A stretch of DNA of 24,000 bases from Candidatus Pacearchaeota archaeon (GTDB lineage Archaea; Nanobdellota; Nanobdellia; Pacearchaeales; UBA284), in the NCBI GenBank assembly GCA_026016245.1, contig CP061211.1:270679-294678 (forward strand), read 5' to 3'. The stretch's first letter is position 1. The number at the start of each line of letters is the position of its first letter. The notes beneath the pieces are model-generated. The model searched no databases and was not told the origin of the DNA. It saw only the letters and a program-made list of their open reading frames with translations. This document shows, in pieces, positions 7,492-15,109 of this stretch. The position numbers were made by a program, and so were the translations under genes.

Positions 7492-8646
7492 TTAAAGGTT
7501 TGTAAAAGGGATATTATCTTGGAAAGCTATCTCTAGGAAAGGAAGCTCTTTATATGCTCTTTTTTTTGATGTGTGTATAATCTTAGCTAATTTTTCAGCA
7601 ATTTCCTTTCTTTTTGCTTGTTTTTGTTTTACTATCCATATTTTTAATATCCTTGAAGGTGGTTTGTATGATGTAAAATCTGTTTTTGCTTCTTTTTTTG
7701 AATTAGAGATACCTTCAGTGAGCAAAGCATTTATGTAAACAAGAAAACGCCAGTGTTGCCATCTTCTTATCCTGCCTCTAAAAACATCTGCCTTGCTTAA
7801 AGCATCATAAGCCTTTGCCAGCTCTTCTCCTCGATACTCTAAAGGCAGGTTTTCATCAATCCATAAAAAAATATCATTAGTATTTATATTCTGCACATTA
7901 TTAAAAGCCCTTAATGTTTTGTCTTTAGCTTTGAATATTTTTCTCAAGGCCTGGAAAATATTTTCATCTTTTTCCCTGGAACACAAGTCTAGCGCATCTT
8001 TTTTTGTTATCTCATTCTCTTTGCGTACAGAAGCCAAAATCTGCAAGTCAGTTATTGCTGCTCTGGCATCCCCTCTGGCCGTGATTGAAATAGTCTCAAA
8101 AGCATCACTGGAGATTTTTAACTTTTCTTTTTTAGATGTTTTTTGTAAAAGAGAAACAATACTTTCTTTATCTAGAGCTTTAAGTTCAATAAACTGCGTT
8201 TTTGAACGTAGGGGCCTTAGTTTAGCTTGCCAGGCATCATTTGCCACAAGAATTATAGGATAGCAGGTTCCTATTATTAATCTCATAAGTTCGCTTAGGC
8301 CTCCCCTGTCTCTAGTTCCAGTTATCCCATCAATTTCATCCACAAGAATTATCTTTCCCTTAGAAAATAAACTTTTTTGTTGAATGGCCTGCCCAATAAT
8401 TTCTTTTATTTGTTGTTTATTTCTAAAGTCAGAGGCATTTAATTCAATAATTTCATAATCAAATTCTGAAGCCAGGGCATAGGCTATAGAAGTTTTTCCA
8501 CTGCCAGCAGGACCATATAACAAGACAGCTTTTCTCCTTTGTATAGGAAAATTTTTTACAAAATCAAGAATTTTCTTTCTAGCTTCGACATTTCCAACTA
8601 TGTCTTTTAGTTTTCTAGGTCTATATTTTTCAGTCCAAGGAATCAT
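7492..8646 (-). CDS. rfcL: Replication factor C large subunit
   Basis: MIPWTEKYRPRKLKDIVGN, Walker A YGPAGSGKTSI, Walker B IILVDEIDG. Basic C-terminus; adjacent to rfcS. Confidence 0.93.
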   Translation of the reverse strand: MIPWTEKYRPRKLKDIVGNVEARKKILDFVKNFPIQRRKAVLLYGPAGSGKTSIAYALASEFDYEIIELNASDFRNKQQIKEIIGQAIQQKSLFSKGKIILVDEIDGITGTRDRGGLSELMRLIIGTCYPIILVANDAWQAKLRPLRSKTQFIELKALDKESIVSLLQKTSKKEKLKISSDAFETISITARGDARAAITDLQILASVRKENEITKKDALDLCSREKDENIFQALRKIFKAKDKTLRAFNNVQNINTNDIFLWIDENLPLEYRGEELAKAYDALSKADVFRGRIRRWQHWRFLVYINALLTEGISNSKKEAKTDFTSYKPPSRILKIWIVKQKQAKRKEIAEKLAKIIHTSKKRAYKELPFLEIAFQDNIPFTNL

Positions 8647-8654
8647 CTTTTATT

Positions 8655-9623
8655 TTATTTTTTAGCAAGAATGAATGAAGCAAGCAAAGCCTCAAGTTGA
8701 ACAAAATCATCGCTTCCCTCTACTAATCTAAATTCTATTTCCCCACACTTCTCTACAAGTTTTAATTTTTCTTCTTCTTTAATATCTAAATTCCATATCT
8801 CTTTCTGAATTGCTTTAACTATATCTAATCCTCCTAGACCTTGTTTTAACATAACATCAAGAAGCCTGTTTCTGGCATCAAGGAAAGAGCCTTTTAATGC
8901 CATTTCTATGATAGTTTTTATATCAGCTGGTTTAACCTCTGCAATAATCTCATATATTGTATTTTCATTTATGTTTTTTGATATACTTGCGCTGGCTTGA
9001 AGTATATTAATAACACGACGTAGATCGCCATTGCTCACATCATACAAGCCTTCTATAGCCTTATTATTGATCTTGAACTTCTCTTGCTTTGCGATTCTTT
9101 CAACAACTCTGGCCACATCTTTCTTGTCTAAAAGTTTGAATCTAAAAATACTGCACCTTGATTGTATAGGATCAATAATTTTACTACTGACATTACAACT
9201 GAGAATAAAACGACATGTTCCTGTAAACATTTCCATTGTTCTTCTTAATGCTTGTTGAGCTTCTTTTGTCAGAGCATCGCTTTCATCAAGAAAAATGATT
9301 TTGAAAGGCCCGCTAAAAGCCTTTGTTCTTGCAAAGCCCTTGACTTTTTGCCTTACTACATCTATTCCTCTTTCATCACTAGCATTCAACTCTAAAAAAT
9401 TTTCATGCCATGCCTTACCAAAGAACTTTTTTGCTATAATTAAAGCAAGAGTTGTCTTGCCACTTCCTGCAGGACCTGAAAAAAGTAAATGTGGCATATT
9501 CTTATTCTGGACAAAGGCTCTCCCCCTCTTAACAATCTCAGAATGGCCAAGAACCTCAGAAAAGTCTTTAGGACGGTATTTCTCAGTCCAAATTACACTA
9601 TCTTTAAATTCCTTAGCCTTCAT
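8655..9623 (-). CDS. rfcS: Replication factor C small subunit
   Basis: MKAKEFKDSVIWTEKYRPKDFSEVLGH, Walker A FSGPAGSGKTTL, LNASDERGIDVVR, IIFLDESDALTKEAQQALRRTME, SRCSIFRF. Start placed at ATG 9623; the track start at 9806 would overlap the divergent gene at 9732. Confidence 0.95.
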   Translation of the reverse strand: MKAKEFKDSVIWTEKYRPKDFSEVLGHSEIVKRGRAFVQNKNMPHLLFSGPAGSGKTTLALIIAKKFFGKAWHENFLELNASDERGIDVVRQKVKGFARTKAFSGPFKIIFLDESDALTKEAQQALRRTMEMFTGTCRFILSCNVSSKIIDPIQSRCSIFRFKLLDKKDVARVVERIAKQEKFKINNKAIEGLYDVSNGDLRRVINILQASASISKNINENTIYEIIAEVKPADIKTIIEMALKGSFLDARNRLLDVMLKQGLGGLDIVKAIQKEIWNLDIKEEEKLKLVEKCGEIEFRLVEGSDDFVQLEALLASFILAKK

Positions 9624-9731
9624 GTCTAAAAGAAAGGGGAAGTTTTTATAAATCTTATGTTCAAGAATCATTAATTCCTTAAGAGTAAGAACAAGAAAAA
9701 GGTTTAAATATCTCCTCCTGTTTCTAATTTT

Positions 9732-10358
9732 ATGGTAAAAATTAATTTTGAATTGAGAAATCCTAGTTATTATTACATTAGTCTTACCAATTATATTGAA
9801 AATCAAATTGATAAGGTTTTAACTAAATTAAGACAGCAGGATAAAATTAAGGGATTAGAAAAAGAAGTAGAAAAACAAAAAAAAGAGGCTGAGATTTCTT
9901 TGGACGTGGCTCTTAGAGAAGAACGAGAAAAAAGAAAAATTCTTCAAGAAAAGTTAATAGTGGAAGCACAATTAGATAAGTATTGTAATGGTGATTCTTA
10001 TATAAAAAAGATATTACCAAAATCAAGAAAAGAGATTAAAATATTATCAGAATCTATCCCCTCAGAAAGAGAAAAGCTCCCTCGCGTTAAAATTAGTTCA
10101 AAACATCCAAGAAGTGAGGAATATTTAAGATTTATCAAGAAATTAGAAGGAATAAAATATATTACAGAGATTGTAGATGGAGAGGCAAGAGAAGCAAAAA
10201 AATCTAGAATTAGAAGAATAACTGAAAAAGAAATTTTATTTATTCATGTTGATAATAATTGTCGTGGTTATCGTATTTCAGTTAAGACTACTGCTGAGAA
10301 TATTAGACAGCAGCATCATATTGTAGCTTTAATAGAAGAATATTTTATTAGACCCTAG
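9732..10358 (+). CDS. Hypothetical protein with central coiled coil
   Basis: 208-aa ORF, Lys/Glu-rich coiled-coil centre, structured C-terminus (EKEILFIHVDNNCRGYRISVKTTAENIRQQHHIVALIEEYF). TATA-like TTTAAATAT about 25 nt upstream. Confidence 0.6.
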   Translation: MVKINFELRNPSYYYISLTNYIENQIDKVLTKLRQQDKIKGLEKEVEKQKKEAEISLDVALREEREKRKILQEKLIVEAQLDKYCNGDSYIKKILPKSRKEIKILSESIPSEREKLPRVKISSKHPRSEEYLRFIKKLEGIKYITEIVDGEAREAKKSRIRRITEKEILFIHVDNNCRGYRISVKTTAENIRQQHHIVALIEEYFIRP

Positions 10359-11214
10359 AAATAACAAATCTTGATCCTGCAAAAGCTGATATTACTGCTG
10401 TTATCAAAAGATTTCCTACTTGAGTTTTAAAAATAGGTTCAGATAATGGCTGGCCTGCTCTGTCTGCAAATTTCTGAACAGCTGCTTTTATCTCATCCTC
10501 GTTCAACGTGATTTTTGTTTCTTGTATTGTTCCTTCTCTTGTTATCTTAATAGAAAGATTAGCACCATCACATTGTATTAGAGAAACACCATCATCTTTA
10601 ACAAGAGAATTTAATTTTCCTAAATCTATTCCTGTGATTGCTTCATATTTTTCTTCTGGAGGGGGAGGAGGAACAGGAGCTGGAGGTGCTAGGGCAGGAG
10701 CTTCTGGGACTTCTGGAGCTTCGGGTGTAGGAAACTGCACTGTTGGTGGTGCCATAGCCTCTTCTTCAGGAGGCCTAGCAGGAGATCTTGGTTCAGGCAG
10801 AGGATATTCTTTTTCTGGTTTTGGTGCTTTTGGCAATATAGGCAAGGGTCTCTTATAAACTGGGGCCACTTCTGTTGGGGGAGGTGTTGGTTTTGGCGCT
10901 GCTTCAACTATTTCTTCCATTTTCTCAGGCTCTACTTTTTCTTCTTCTAATGTAAGAGGTTTTAATTTTTCTCTCATTTTCCTGCCTTTCATTATGCCTA
11001 GTCTTAATTTTTTCTCAACTACTGCAACTTCCTTTTCTGCTTTCTCCTTTTTCCCTATTTTTTTCTCTTCTATAATTTGTTTTTCTTTAGCAATAAGAAG
11101 CTGTTTCATAAAAGAGCTAAGAAATTCTCTTTCTCTAGCACTTTTTGCTTTCTCGGCAGCAGTTTCTACAGCTTTTATTTCAGATTTTATAGTTTTTGCT
11201 TTCTTTCTAGCCAT
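10348..11214 (-). CDS. Hypothetical protein: basic coiled-coil N-terminus, long Pro-rich linker, conserved-looking C-terminal domain
   Basis: MARKKAKTIKSEI...; linker PEPRSPARPPEEEAMAPPTVQFPTPEAPEVPEAPALAPPAPVPPPPP; C-terminal ITGIDLGKLNSLVKDDGVSLIQCDGANLSIKITREGTIQETKITLNEDEIKAAVQKFADRAGQPLSEPIFKTQVGNLLITAVISAFAGSRFVISRV. Confidence 0.7.
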   Translation of the reverse strand: MARKKAKTIKSEIKAVETAAEKAKSAREREFLSSFMKQLLIAKEKQIIEEKKIGKKEKAEKEVAVVEKKLRLGIMKGRKMREKLKPLTLEEEKVEPEKMEEIVEAAPKPTPPPTEVAPVYKRPLPILPKAPKPEKEYPLPEPRSPARPPEEEAMAPPTVQFPTPEAPEVPEAPALAPPAPVPPPPPEEKYEAITGIDLGKLNSLVKDDGVSLIQCDGANLSIKITREGTIQETKITLNEDEIKAAVQKFADRAGQPLSEPIFKTQVGNLLITAVISAFAGSRFVISRV

Positions 11215-11227
11215 TTTAGAAATATAA

Positions 11228-11608
11228 TTAAAAGGAAAACTCTGGTAAAGGTTTTGGTTTGTGTGTTTCTCTAGATGGTCTTGCTGGACTTGGTCTTTCT
11301 ACTTTGCTTTCCCTAAGTGTTTTTTCTAAAAGAAGCAAGCCTTTTGCTATTGTCATGTTCTGCTTGACAAGATCATCTATCTTCTCTGAAAGTTCAGCAA
11401 TTTCCGACGGAGCTGCTGCGGCTCCCTCTATTCTAGCTTCCTTAAAAGCCTTGCTTGCATCTTCAAATAATTTAAGCAAAGAAGAAACTTTTTTGTTCAA
11501 ACTCTTAAGTTCAGTGGCTAGGTTGGTGATAGTCTTTTGTAGAGCTATAGTGTTCTCTAAAAGTAGATCTATGGCTTTAGTTGATTTTACCCCTTTTTTT
11601 GTCATCAC
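11228..11608 (-). CDS. Small coiled-coil hypothetical protein, apparently in an operon with 10348..11214
   Basis: MTKKGVKSTKAIDLLLENTIALQKTITNLATELKSLNKKVSSLLKLFEDASKAF...; 13-nt gap to the downstream gene on the same strand. Confidence 0.65.
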   Translation of the reverse strand: MMTKKGVKSTKAIDLLLENTIALQKTITNLATELKSLNKKVSSLLKLFEDASKAFKEARIEGAAAAPSEIAELSEKIDDLVKQNMTIAKGLLLLEKTLRESKVERPSPARPSRETHKPKPLPEFSF

Positions 11609-11685
11609 ATCCTAAACAAAAAGGAATTTAAAAATTTTGCTCTTAACAAAAATTTATAAATCTTTAACATTTTTATCTTGTATGC

Positions 11686-11767
11686 GGGAGTGTCGGAGTG
11701 GTCAAACGAGCAGGACTTAAGATCCTGTGGGTTAGTCCCTGCGCAGGTTCGAATCCTGTCTCCCGCA
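11686..11767 (+). tRNA. tRNA-Leu(UAA)
   Basis: GCGGGAG...CAGGACTTAAGATCCTG (anticodon TAA), long variable arm GGGTTAGTCCC, T-arm CAGG-TTCGAAT-CCTG, CTCCCGC+A. Confidence 0.95.
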
Positions 11768-11773
11768 TCAGCA

Positions 11774-11786
11774 AGCTTTAAAAGTT
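11774..11786 (+). promoter_or_regulatory. Probable TATA box for the SRP RNA gene
   Basis: AGCTTTAAAAGTT about 25 nt upstream of the inferred start of the structured RNA at about 11805. Confidence 0.5.
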
Positions 11787-11804
11787 CTTTCTGCCTCTTT
11801 TTAG

Positions 11805-12046
11805 TGGGTAGGTTAGGCTGGCACGCTAGCCCTGTGCCGTTTGTAAATGGGCTTTATGACAAGCTGCAAGAGGAGGCGTTATATGCTTGTTGGGGAGTCC
11901 TGACTTGGACGTTGAGGTCTTGTCCTGCTTGATCTTGCCCTAGCAAACCGGGTCAGTTCCGGAAGGAGGCAGCCCTAAGTTAGAGTTAAGATGCTTGTAG
12001 GGTTGCAAGGCTGAGGAAGAGTTAGGGTAGCTTTCTAGTAAGTATA
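11805..12046 (+). ncRNA. ffs: Signal recognition particle RNA (7S RNA); boundaries approximate
   Basis: Helix 8 signature at 11947-11975 ACCGGGTCAGTTCCGGAAGGAGGCAGCCCT (GGAA tetraloop and conserved internal loops). 5' part GGTTAGGCTGG resembles the Alu-side domain of archaeal SRP RNA. Non-coding gap of expected size. Confidence 0.88.
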
Positions 12047-12077
12047 GAAGCAAATCCTCGAACCTGCCCTTTTAAAA

Positions 12078-12797
12078 TTATTTTAAAACTCCTCTAACAT
12101 AACCAAGATTCTCTTTTTTTAAACCAAGTGCTTCTTTTAACCCCTTATATTCAAAATTAAACATTTTTTTGATAAATTCTGGAAAAAGATCATTTGATAT
12201 CCTCACTTTATATTCTGTATAATGAGATAAATAAATATGTGCTGTTGTTTGTCCAATTGCATATTTAGAAGCAATTTCTAAACTTTTTCTTGCCTTTTCT
12301 TTTCCAAACTCTTTCAGTCTAGAATTTATGAAGGGAGTTTGAATAATTCTTTCGTGTAAATCCTTTTTAAAATTTAAATCTTTTTTATAGAATTCTTCCA
12401 TGACGTTATATAATTTAATAAAATCTGAATCTTCATATAGTTCTGAAATAAAACAAACATCAAATTCACAGCCTCCCCTTTTTATTTTTCTTAAAGTCCT
12501 TTCCATTTCTCCTTTTAATCTTCTTAATTTCTTTTCTGCTTCTTCAGAACATAAATCTTGAAATGCCACTATATTATGAACATAAATTTTATCCCATGGA
12601 ATAAGCAATATTTTTTTTGCATACTGAAGCAGATTTATGGTTATATCTCTTATATTTTTTCTTGAATAGTATCTTGAACCAAAACTGATGCCAGCAAAAC
12701 AGCTCAAGGTTTTTGGCTCATATAAAAATTTTTTGCCAAGTCCATATGTTTCTAATATCTCTAACTTTCTAATGGGTTTTATATTTTTAATCATCAT
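12078..12797 (-). CDS. Cyclodipeptide synthase (CDPS)-like protein with altered active site
   Basis: Recalled alignment to AlbC/YvmC family: CFAGISFGSRYYSRKN (vs ALIGISAGNSYFSQKN), SEEAEKKLRRLKGEMERTLRKI (vs AQEAERSVKRTLKDLRRRLRRSL), SELYEDSDFIKLYNVMEEFYKKDLNFKKDLHERI, and SLEIASKYAIGQ (vs MLELAVEYVIAE). Confidence 0.6.
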   Translation of the reverse strand: MMIKNIKPIRKLEILETYGLGKKFLYEPKTLSCFAGISFGSRYYSRKNIRDITINLLQYAKKILLIPWDKIYVHNIVAFQDLCSEEAEKKLRRLKGEMERTLRKIKRGGCEFDVCFISELYEDSDFIKLYNVMEEFYKKDLNFKKDLHERIIQTPFINSRLKEFGKEKARKSLEIASKYAIGQTTAHIYLSHYTEYKVRISNDLFPEFIKKMFNFEYKGLKEALGLKKENLGYVRGVLK

Positions 12798-14182
12798 TTT
12801 AATTTTTTATATACCAAGGATAAAAATTCATCAAAAATTTTTTTATACCTTGGATGTTTTTTGATGAATTTAGAAATTCTCTTTTTATATTCTTCAGAGA
12901 AATAAAAAGTCCTTGACATCTCTCCTTGTATTTCTTTTAATTCGTTACCGCTAAAACAGGGATGGTTGAAAACTAAGTGATTTACATCATACTTTGACTT
13001 ATCCTTTTCAATTAAAAATCCTTTTTCTCTTATTATTTTGTGATCCAATGTTCCTGGAAAAGGAGTATAAATTGGAAAGGAAGCTATATGAATATTATAA
13101 TAAGGCAGTCTATTCATGGTTTCTTTTATCTGCTCTCTAGTTTCCTTAGGCCATCCAATAATTAAGAAAGTTTCACTAAGAATTCCTATTTCTGACGAAT
13201 AGTTCAAAATTTCTTGTATTTTATTTGAAGGACATAATTTTTTTGTTTCTTTCTTGATCCATGGGGGTTGTAGTATATTCTCTAATCCCCAACTTATCTT
13301 TACGCAACCCGCTTGCTTCATCTTTTTTAATAAACCATAACTTATGTTTCTAAACCCAGAAAGAATAGTCCAATAAATATTGAGATTTTCTTGGATTAAA
13401 CTATCACACAATTCTTCTACTTTTTTAGGATTTAGAGTCATATTTAAATCTGTAAAGAAGATATAATTTATTCCAAAATTTTCTTTTAGATTTTTAAGTT
13501 GCCTTGTTATTGTCTCTGGTTTTCTATAAATGATTTTTCTACCTAAGACATTTGGGGAAGCACAAAAACTACAATTAAAAGTGCATCCCCTAGAGTATTC
13601 TAAAAAAGCTGTTTTTCTCTTTTTTGTTGGTGGATAAGACAAATAAGTAGATTTTTGTTTGAAGATCTTCTCTGTTCTAAATGGGTCTGGTAATTTATCT
13701 AAATTTTCTATCCTTTGCCTTCTTGGATTAACAACAATCCCTTCCCCTAAAAAAGCAATACCTTTTATCTTTTCATAATCTTTATTTTTTTCAATAGATG
13801 TTAATAATTCTCTGAATGTTTCTTCACCCTCCCCAAGAATAGCAAAATCAAACCCTTCTTTGATAATAGAAGGCTCTGCTGAGGGATGGTAGCCTCCAAC
13901 GATAGATATTAGATTGGATTTTATTTTTTTTAATTCTTTATTAAATTTTAGGTAAAAATCAATTCTATTTGTTGTACTTGAATATAAAATAATATTTGGA
14001 TTAAAAGCAATTATTTCTTCCATATCTTTTGTGTCTTTTGGAATGAATAAATCAACTTCATGTCCTTGACCTTGGGCTACAGCTAAAATACATTCTAGAC
14101 CTAAAGGCTCATCTAAACCCCTAATTACTTCTTCAATTGTTTCTATATCCTCATGAATTTTGTAAACTCCAGCAACTTTCAT
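12794..14182 (-). CDS. Radical SAM protein with B12-binding-like N-terminal domain
   Basis: SRGCTFNCSFC (CxxxCxxC), N-terminal Rossmann-like region EPLGLECILAVAQGQGHEVDLFIP...ISIVGGYHPSAEPSIIKEG-FDFAILGEGEETFREL, and radical SAM core GYRN/KISWGLEN/ETFLIIGWPKET. Confidence 0.88.
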   Translation of the reverse strand: MKVAGVYKIHEDIETIEEVIRGLDEPLGLECILAVAQGQGHEVDLFIPKDTKDMEEIIAFNPNIILYSSTTNRIDFYLKFNKELKKIKSNLISIVGGYHPSAEPSIIKEGFDFAILGEGEETFRELLTSIEKNKDYEKIKGIAFLGEGIVVNPRRQRIENLDKLPDPFRTEKIFKQKSTYLSYPPTKKRKTAFLEYSRGCTFNCSFCASPNVLGRKIIYRKPETITRQLKNLKENFGINYIFFTDLNMTLNPKKVEELCDSLIQENLNIYWTILSGFRNISYGLLKKMKQAGCVKISWGLENILQPPWIKKETKKLCPSNKIQEILNYSSEIGILSETFLIIGWPKETREQIKETMNRLPYYNIHIASFPIYTPFPGTLDHKIIREKGFLIEKDKSKYDVNHLVFNHPCFSGNELKEIQGEMSRTFYFSEEYKKRISKFIKKHPRYKKIFDEFLSLVYKKLK

Positions 14183-14204
14183 TTTATCTACTTCTTAGTG
14201 ATAT

Positions 14205-14250
14205 TTGTTTTTATTTTATTGCTCTCCAATATTGGAGAAAAATTTAAAAA
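14205..14250. promoter_or_regulatory. Divergent promoter region with perfect 16-bp palindrome TCTCCAATATTGGAGA (14223..14238)
   Basis: Palindrome read directly. Minus-strand TATA-like AATAAAATAAAAAC ends at it (about 14207-14220); plus-strand TATA-like AATTTAAAAAC starts 2 nt after it (14241). Confidence 0.75.
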
Positions 14251-14271
14251 CTAGGAGAAGATTAAAGAAAT

Positions 14272-15033
14272 ATGGAAGAATTTATTAAAGCCCTAATGAA
14301 AACAGGACTAACAAAAGCTGAATCAAAAGTTTATTTTTACTTAGTTGGTGTTTCTCAGTCAACTAGTGGAGATGTCATAAAAAATACGGGACTGCAAAGC
14401 TCAACAGTATATCATGTGGTCAACACCTTAATAGATAAGGGGCTTGTTTCTTACACATTAAAAAATAACATAAAATACTTTCAAGTGACTGGTTTAAGTA
14501 ATTTGATAAATTATTTAGATGGTCTAAAAGAAGAGATAAAAAGCTCTAAGAAAAAATTGAATAGATTATTTGCTGAAATTAAAAAATCTGAAAAAAAGGA
14601 AATTTACGAAGTAAAGGTCTTTGAAGGATGGAATGGAGTATGGAATGCATTTGAAGAATGTTTAGAAAAAACTAATAAAAAAGAACCTATTTTGATATAT
14701 ACCCTTAGCAAATATGTGGGGGCTGATCCAAATATGGCGAAGGCTTTAATAAATAGAATAAGAAATAAGAGATTAAAAAGAAAACTTTACGAGAAAATTA
14801 TTATTAATGAATCTGAAAGAAAAACCCTTGGCAGAGACCATGAAAAATTGCCTTATACTCAAATAAAATATTTGCCTGAAAATTTATCAAATCCAGCTAT
14901 AGTCCACATTTATAGTGATAGGGTTTTAATTGTGATTTCATCTAAAAAACCTATTGCAACTATGATAAAAGATAGGTTTGTTGTTGAGAGTTTTAGAAAT
15001 AACTTTAAATTATTATGGAAAATAGCTAAATAA
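14272..15033 (+). CDS. TrmB-family transcriptional regulator
   Basis: MEEFIKALMKTGLTKAESKVYFYLVGVSQSTSGDVIKNTGLQSSTVYHVVNTLIDKGLVSYTLKNNIKYFQVT is a TrmB-type winged HTH, followed by a coiled coil and effector-like domain. Confidence 0.88.
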   Translation: MEEFIKALMKTGLTKAESKVYFYLVGVSQSTSGDVIKNTGLQSSTVYHVVNTLIDKGLVSYTLKNNIKYFQVTGLSNLINYLDGLKEEIKSSKKKLNRLFAEIKKSEKKEIYEVKVFEGWNGVWNAFEECLEKTNKKEPILIYTLSKYVGADPNMAKALINRIRNKRLKRKLYEKIIINESERKTLGRDHEKLPYTQIKYLPENLSNPAIVHIYSDRVLIVISSKKPIATMIKDRFVVESFRNNFKLLWKIAK

Positions 15034-15109
15034 TCTAGTAAAAAGATATAAATATCAAAAACTATTTATGCATTTATAAAGTCAGAAAATAAAATGATAA
15101 GTACGATAA

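Noticed and set aside
9624-9806. N-terminal extension of the RFC small subunit ORF
   Set aside because: Overlaps the divergent gene at 9732 and carries non-RFC sequence; family start fits ATG 9623.
10640-10870. Repetitive GGTG/GGAGG-rich tract, considered as a tandem repeat or regulatory element
   Set aside because: Explained by the Pro/Ala/Glu-rich linker codons of the minus-strand protein; no exact repeat unit.
11678-11932. 84-aa ORF MYAGVSEWSNEQDLRSCGLVPAQVRILSPA...
   Set aside because: It runs through tRNA-Leu and into the SRP RNA; it is a read-through of RNA genes, not a protein gene.
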